From a virus: a stretch of DNA of 36,638 nucleotides. Positions 31,673 to 36,638 of this stretch are shown one piece after another. Where the stretch lies: positions 1-36,638 of the IMG/VR virus record IMGVR_UViG_3300045988_010186. One strand, given 5' to 3'. Numbering within the stretch: position 1 is the first letter of the stretch; every line of letters starts with the position of its first letter. A model generated the notes under the pieces. The model saw nothing but the letters and a program-made list of their open reading frames with translations. It was not told the DNA's origin and did no database searches. A program made the position numbers and the translations under genes.

Positions 31673-34053
31673 CAGGCCATCGCCCTCCTTTCGTTGCCGA
31701 CATAAATGCTGCCAAGCCCCTGATTCATGCGATCAGAGATGCCGCCGACGAGCGTGTTGCCATCAAGATAGATGCCAATCTTGCTAATCTCGTCATGGAT
31801 AGCCGCACGAATGTTGTTTTGAGTGCTTCCAGAAGCAGACGCGCTCGCGCTGATCGTGCCAACGTCAAAGCCGCTTTTAATGCTGTCAACTGCGCTGCTG
31901 ACAGCAGACATCATTCCGGGCATACCAGCATCAATGCCGTTCGCGCCGCCGTCCATGACGTACTGGAATACCTTCTTTGACCACTTCGACGGTGAATGCT
32001 CATCGAAGCCGTCTTTGCCGGTGAACCAGCCTTTAATCTTATCGACAACGCCTTGAACCTTTCCCTTGAGCCACTCGACCTTATCTTTTATGCCGTACCA
32101 GATGCCCGTCAGCAAATCCGATCCGATGTTCTTCCAGTTAAATTCCTTGAAAGCATTCACAATCGCCAGAAAGATTCTGGGCAACTGCGTAATCATGTTC
32201 GGGATCGCCTCGATCATGCCCATAGCAATGGAAAGCGTGATTTGGATAGCCGCGAGTATGATTTCGTCAAGGTTTGTCAAGATGCCGTTAACAATCGCCA
32301 TGGTGATGGTCGGGATAGCCGCCACGAGGCTGGGGATGGTATCAAGAATCCCGTTTACAAGTGACATCAGAATCTCAATGCCAGCATTGATGATCTGCGG
32401 GAGCATCACGATCAAACCAGCTACAAGATTCCCGATGATAACAGGAGCAGACTGGGCAATAATCGGCAGTGCTTCCATTATCCCATCCACAAGCGACATA
32501 ATGATTTCAAGCGCCGCGCCCATAATGGAGGAAAGTGTAGACGGATTTGTGAGTTCTTCCACAAGCGTATAGGAGAGGGCCGTGACAGCCGGAATTAGCT
32601 TCACCGCGAATTTCGAAATGCTATCGGCGAGGTCAGTTACAATCGTAGCGCCAGAGTTGACAATGTCACCGGCCCTGGATGTGATATTATCAACAAAATT
32701 GATAATAATTTCCGACGCCGCATCAACCAGCGCAGGAAGATTTTGAATAATGCCATTTGCGAGAGAGCCAACCACAGAGCCGCCGACGCTGATAATTTTC
32801 GGAAGATACTCGGTCACAACGCCGAGCGCATCAGTCATTACAGAATCGAACTCGGTCAGAAGGCCCTGCATCCCACCAGAATCAAACGCTTTTTGCAGAC
32901 GAGAAATGTAATCTGTCAGTATTTTTACACCGTCTTTTGCTTTTACAGAAAATGTCTCGTAAAGCGAAATACCGAAGCCCTCAACGGCCGATTTCATGAT
33001 TGTAATCGCGCCCTTAAGGTTGTCTTCCATCGTGTCGGCCATTTTCTGAGCAGTGCCGTCAGCGTTTGCGATTGATTCTGTCAGTTTTTCAAAATCTGCA
33101 TCAGAGGAGTTGACGATTGCGAGCAATCCAGACATTGCCTCTGTTCCAGCGATTCCAGACGCAACGGACGCTTTAGTCGCTTCGTCTAGGCCGCTCATGC
33201 TGTCCCGCAAGATTCCGATTGTCTCTGACAGCGGCTTCATGCTGCCGTCAGCGTTTGTCAGCGCTTCGGACGCTGAAAGGCCAAGCTGTGAGAACGCTTC
33301 CTCAACGTCTTTCGTCGGGCTGGCGAGGCGGGAAAGTATGGAGCGCAAAGAGCGTCCGGCCATTTCAGCCTTGATGCCGCTGTTTGCCATTGTCCCAAGT
33401 GCAACAGCAACGTCTTCGATACTGTAACCCATCGCTCCGGCAACTGGCGCAACGTACTTGAACGAGCCGCCGAGCATTGAAACGTTGGTATTTGCACTAT
33501 TAGATGCCGCCGCAAGAACGTCAGCAAAATGCGAAGAATCGGACGCTTGCAGGCCGAAAGCAGTAATAGCATCCGTAACGATATCGGAAACTTCTGCCAA
33601 ATCCTCCCCAGATGCCGCCGCAAGATTCATAACACCAGAAATGCCGTCAAGCATATCCGATGTTTCCCAGCCAGCCATTGCCATGTATTTGAAGGCTTCG
33701 GCGGACTCAGACGCGCTAAATTTCGTGGACGCGCCCATTTCTTTAGCTTTTTGCGTCAGCGCATCAAGCTCTGAACCTGTTGCGCCGGAAATAGCACTGA
33801 CCTCCGACATAGCCGATTCGAAATCCGCGCCCACTTTTGTGACGTAGCCGCCGACGGCGGACACGGCGGTTGATGCCCAGCCAATAGCCTTTACCGCAAA
33901 TTTGCCGAATCCTTTAGCCGCATTTGCCAGCTTCGAATCGAGGCTTGTTGCTTCATCCCCGACTTTCTTAATACCCTCTTGTGCGCCGGAAATGTCAGCC
34001 CCGATTTTGATAAAAAGGTTAAAAAGATTCAATCTTTCACCACCAGACCACAA
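31672..34053 (-). CDS. Tail tape measure protein; start uncertain (TTG at 34053 or 34032)
   Basis: 793 aa with a TP901-type core (AISGATGSELDALTQKAKEMGASTKFSASESAEAFKYMAMAGW). The C-terminal half is long, helical and hydrophobic. Confidence 0.9.
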   Translation of the reverse strand: MWSGGERLNLFNLFIKIGADISGAQEGIKKVGDEATSLDSKLANAAKGFGKFAVKAIGWASTAVSAVGGYVTKVGADFESAMSEVSAISGATGSELDALTQKAKEMGASTKFSASESAEAFKYMAMAGWETSDMLDGISGVMNLAAASGEDLAEVSDIVTDAITAFGLQASDSSHFADVLAAASNSANTNVSMLGGSFKYVAPVAGAMGYSIEDVAVALGTMANSGIKAEMAGRSLRSILSRLASPTKDVEEAFSQLGLSASEALTNADGSMKPLSETIGILRDSMSGLDEATKASVASGIAGTEAMSGLLAIVNSSDADFEKLTESIANADGTAQKMADTMEDNLKGAITIMKSAVEGFGISLYETFSVKAKDGVKILTDYISRLQKAFDSGGMQGLLTEFDSVMTDALGVVTEYLPKIISVGGSVVGSLANGIIQNLPALVDAASEIIINFVDNITSRAGDIVNSGATIVTDLADSISKFAVKLIPAVTALSYTLVEELTNPSTLSSIMGAALEIIMSLVDGIMEALPIIAQSAPVIIGNLVAGLIVMLPQIINAGIEILMSLVNGILDTIPSLVAAIPTITMAIVNGILTNLDEIILAAIQITLSIAMGMIEAIPNMITQLPRIFLAIVNAFKEFNWKNIGSDLLTGIWYGIKDKVEWLKGKVQGVVDKIKGWFTGKDGFDEHSPSKWSKKVFQYVMDGGANGIDAGMPGMMSAVSSAVDSIKSGFDVGTISASASASGSTQNNIRAAIHDEISKIGIYLDGNTLVGGISDRMNQGLGSIYVGNERRAMA

Positions 34054-34672
34054 CGTTTGATAACATCAGCCGCGATTTCCTCTGCTGGTCGATTGTCCAC
34101 CGGCTTCGGATTCACAATGTCATCAAACTTTACTTTAATAAATTCCCCGCCGTTAAAGTTTGCGGTGTTTTTGGTAATCATCCGCAGACACTCGGCGGTG
34201 TATAAACGATAGGCTGATTGTTCAAGCCTATTTTTAAGCAATTTCGGCAAAAGAACAACCAGCCCATGTACACTGCATTTAGGCGCGCCCGACAGACAAA
34301 TCAGGCATTCGTCTCCACCGGCGCGCAGGATTTGAAAAAATCGATCATGTCCTTGTCTGATACAAGCTCCTTTACCTGCTGCATCGTGACCATGATGTTC
34401 TGGCGCGCAATGTCGTCGGCAGCGCAACCATTCATAGCCGCGAGGATGCCAAACACATCGCCGCGGTGCTTTTTCAGGATGATCGGCAGGAGCGTGCTAA
34501 TCTTCTGCACGCCGAAAGTGTAAAGTTCAAGCCGCGACAGTTCGCCAGAGCTATCAATCTTGCTTTTAAGCTCTGCCGCGAGTTCCTCATCGGTCAGGAT
34601 GTTAAGCGCATAAGCGCCAGCCTCACAGAGCACGTCTGCCGCGCGAGAAGTATCAAGTTCGGAAAGTTTCAT
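34029..34672 (-). CDS. Tail assembly chaperone G-T fusion via -1 programmed frameshift
   Basis: The slippery heptamer T TTT TTC (34340-34334) is in the G frame. The -1 frame stays open to 34029 (..FFQILRAGGDECL...GLVVKD). Confidence 0.7.
34301..34672 (-). CDS. Tail assembly chaperone (gpG-like)
   Basis: 123 aa between the major tail and tape measure genes. A slippery site lies near its 3' end. Confidence 0.75.
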   Translation of the reverse strand: MKLSELDTSRAADVLCEAGAYALNILTDEELAAELKSKIDSSGELSRLELYTFGVQKISTLLPIILKKHRGDVFGILAAMNGCAADDIARQNIMVTMQQVKELVSDKDMIDFFKSCAPVETNA

Positions 34673-34698
34673 AATAATTTGCCTCCTAAATTATTATA

Positions 34699-35289
34699 TC
34701 AGACAGTTTCGGCAGTGCCAGCCTTGACGTAAATTTCAAACGGGACGGTTTCCTGCGCGTTCATGGAGTAATGCGCGGTATACTCAAACGCCATCTGACC
34801 TTTAGCCTTGTCGGCAGTCTGAAGCTGGAAGCCGCCAGTAGAAAGCGCGTTCATCAGCTTAATCGCCACATATCCACCGTTCGTCTCGCCATTTTTGTCG
34901 GAGTAATCGCCGACAATCCAAATGTCGTCAAAGTCCGCCTGAGCGAGGTCGTTGCGCGGCGTGACCTTCGTCGTGTCGGTCGTGCCAATATCAGCCGCGC
35001 CAAGCAGAGACTTTGCAACGGCGGTGTCAAGCGTGACATAAGTGCCGGAGCATTTTGCTTCCCAACTGTCAAGTTTTTTGAGTTCCTTCATGTTCTTCGG
35101 GCAGTTGTCGATGTCCTCACCGAAATCGGTATAAGTCGGCGTTGCGGTGAAATTGATGCCGCCAGTGGTCGCGCCAATCTGGCCGCTTTCGCCAACCGTG
35201 CCGGTCGCCGGTGTGAAATCGCTGCAAATGATAGCTGCATTGATTTGCAGCTTCTGGAAAGTGTCAGAAGGAATTTTTGTGAATTTCAA
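34699..35289 (-). CDS. Major tail protein
   Basis: 196 aa, immediately upstream of the chaperone pair. Confidence 0.7.
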   Translation of the reverse strand: MKFTKIPSDTFQKLQINAAIICSDFTPATGTVGESGQIGATTGGINFTATPTYTDFGEDIDNCPKNMKELKKLDSWEAKCSGTYVTLDTAVAKSLLGAADIGTTDTTKVTPRNDLAQADFDDIWIVGDYSDKNGETNGGYVAIKLMNALSTGGFQLQTADKAKGQMAFEYTAHYSMNAQETVPFEIYVKAGTAETV

Positions 35290-35313
35290 ATTGCTTTCAT
35301 TCCTTTCATTTCG

Positions 35314-35679
35314 TTAAATCGTTGTGACGTATTCGGCCGTGAGATTGAAATACTTTCGCCGAATGTCCCTGTCATCATCCGGCATATTTTGGGCGAACGG
35401 GCTACCACGTTTCAGCCAAATCGCGCCATCATCACATTCAATCCACACGCCGCTTTCATGGATTTTGGTCGCAATTTCTCGTGCTTTTGCGTTGCATTTT
35501 TCCCAGCTTGTGTCTCTATACCAGATAGACACAGTTAACGCACATTCGCCGTCACGAAAGCCGCCAGTTACCATGTTATAAGTCAAATAAGGCAATTCCG
35601 CGTCGTCCGGCACAGTGTTTTCTTCATAAGGCGGAAGAAATTGCTTATAAAAATTGTAAAGTGCTGCTTCTTTCGTCAT
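35314..35679 (-). CDS. Tail terminator / tail completion-like protein
   Basis: 121 aa. The call rests on position before the major tail protein. Confidence 0.45.
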   Translation of the reverse strand: MTKEAALYNFYKQFLPPYEENTVPDDAELPYLTYNMVTGGFRDGECALTVSIWYRDTSWEKCNAKAREIATKIHESGVWIECDDGAIWLKRGSPFAQNMPDDDRDIRRKYFNLTAEYVTTI

Positions 35680-35694
35680 TTCCGCATCACCTTA

Positions 35695-36042
35695 TCAAGT
35701 AGGCGTAAATTCCTCGGCAGCCACCTGCGCGACCTGAAAACTCGATCGCGCGGGTGTCTGCACGTCGTCGCTGTCAGAGGTGATACGAAAGATTTTCCCA
35801 TCTTCCAGCCGCTTGAAAACAGTGTGATAGGTCAACTTGACAGGCTTGTGAACCGTGACTGTGTAATTTGAGGTCACGCCCGCTTTCTGCGCGGTGAGTG
35901 CCTCCATGCTATTATCGCATACAATCGCGGCCTTGAATGTTGCGCCCTCTTTCCAGATAACGTCATACCCGCCCTCTGGATTATCCTGCGTCGTTTTGTC
36001 GAGAAACACGCAGTCTCTCATGCTTTCTTCCAACAGCGACAT
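35695..36042 (-). CDS. Head closure / head-tail joining protein (SPP1 gp16-like)
   Basis: Start at 36042 via a TAATG overlap. The call rests on position and size. Confidence 0.5.
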   Translation of the reverse strand: MSLLEESMRDCVFLDKTTQDNPEGGYDVIWKEGATFKAAIVCDNSMEALTAQKAGVTSNYTVTVHKPVKLTYHTVFKRLEDGKIFRITSDSDDVQTPARSSFQVAQVAAEEFTPT

Positions 36043-36476
36043 TAGATTTTCCTCCATCTGTTCAGCTTCGACGCGAACACGGCCTGCCACGAAAGAGGCG
36101 CGCCAGTCTCTGCGTCGGTTGCTTTTTCGTAAGAATACCCGCCGAAAGATTCAGATGTATAAGGCGCGGCGCTGCCGCCCTCCATCTTCTGGCTGTACTC
36201 GTCTATTTCCCCGGCCAAGGCCAAAAACGCCGGAGGCAAGCGCATAGCCCAGACTTCCCCATCAAACACCTCGTCCGTCAAATCCGGAGCGGGGTATTGA
36301 TGCACGCCGTCGTTAAAGACGCTCCCCACAACGCGGAAGTATTGGCCCTCCGCGAGATAGTCAAGCGGCGCGAGAACGCCGTCTTTGACTGAAAAAGTCC
36401 CTTTATGCTTTGCGGAATCATCAGTGAAATAGTTCCGGCAGATAGCACACATATCATCTAACAGCATTTCTCGCAC
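36042..36476 (-). CDS. Head-tail connector/adaptor protein (gp6/gp15-like)
   Basis: 144 aa, the first gene after the capsid gene. It contains the motif SESFGGYSYE. Confidence 0.5.
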   Translation of the reverse strand: MREMLLDDMCAICRNYFTDDSAKHKGTFSVKDGVLAPLDYLAEGQYFRVVGSVFNDGVHQYPAPDLTDEVFDGEVWAMRLPPAFLALAGEIDEYSQKMEGGSAAPYTSESFGGYSYEKATDAETGAPLSWQAVFASKLNRWRKI

Positions 36477-36496
36477 CGCCCATTTTCAGTTATTTA

Positions 36497-36638
36497 TCAA
36501 GCGCCGGTCTTCGGCTTGAGCACGATGCCATTCAGAGCCGCCGCCTTGAGGGTGTTCTTAAGAACGACGCCAGCGACGAGCTCGACCTCGCCCTTCTTGA
36601 CAGCACCAGGCTGAGACATATCCGGCATATAAGTGGAA
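36497..36638 (-). CDS. Major capsid protein, C-terminal end (...ELVAGVVLKNTLKAAALNGIVLKPKTGA*); the last 55 nt duplicate 1..55
   Basis: Same reading frame as 1..912 once the 55-bp overlap is collapsed. TGA stop at 36497-36499. Confidence 0.8.
   Translation of the reverse strand, partial: STYMPDMSQPGAVKKGEVELVAGVVLKNTLKAAALNGIVLKPKTGA
36584..36638. repeat. Second copy of the 55-bp terminal direct repeat
   Basis: Identical to 1..55. Confidence 0.9.

Overview
The window is a complete, circularly closed siphovirus-type dsDNA phage genome. It has about 36,583 bp of unique sequence, and bases 1-55 are identical to 36584-36638. GC content is roughly 50%. The gene content looks Firmicutes/Clostridia-like: phi-LC3-type holin, XhlA-like protein, Amidase_2 endolysin, VirE, AAA_24/Sak4-like ATPase and DUF669. 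Almost all genes are on the minus strand. Reading 5'->3' along the minus strand there are two main blocks.

(1) An early replication/recombination/nucleotide-metabolism operon runs from a promoter at ~23138-23166 down to a terminator at ~9610-9633. It encodes a Sak4-like ATPase, an SSB-like DUF669 protein, an ERCC4 nuclease, a MazZ-like NTP pyrophosphohydrolase, two truncated ThyX-like paralogs, a CHC2 zinc-finger protein plus VirE, an iteron/AT-rich origin-like region, Dam-type and C5-like methyltransferases, and ASCH and DUF551 proteins.

(2) A late operon starts at a promoter at ~9575-9603. In order it carries terS, a DPPY methyltransferase, terL, portal, two fibre-like genes, a Mu-F-like protein, a gp10-like protein, scaffold and major capsid. 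It then crosses the circular junction into connector, tail, tape measure, Dit, Tal and lysis genes, followed by accessory genes, and ends at ~26011.

Two small plus-strand cassettes (23273-23834 and 24235-25980) sit between the ends of these blocks. No integrase, excisionase or CI/Cro-type switch, no tRNA and no CRISPR array were seen.

The most unusual items are:
- a 284-bp strand-asymmetric degenerate pentanucleotide array, (GGYNN)x58, inside the recombination module;
- two mini-ThyX paralogs with altered catalytic motifs, next to a MazZ-like enzyme and three DNA methyltransferases;
- a promoter-leader-terminator unit (possible sRNA or attenuator) upstream of the replication genes;
- a fibre-like gene pair in the head module followed by a decayed copy of the endolysin 5' end;
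- a frameshifted terminase large subunit.

All functional calls are motif- and memory-based. No database search was run.
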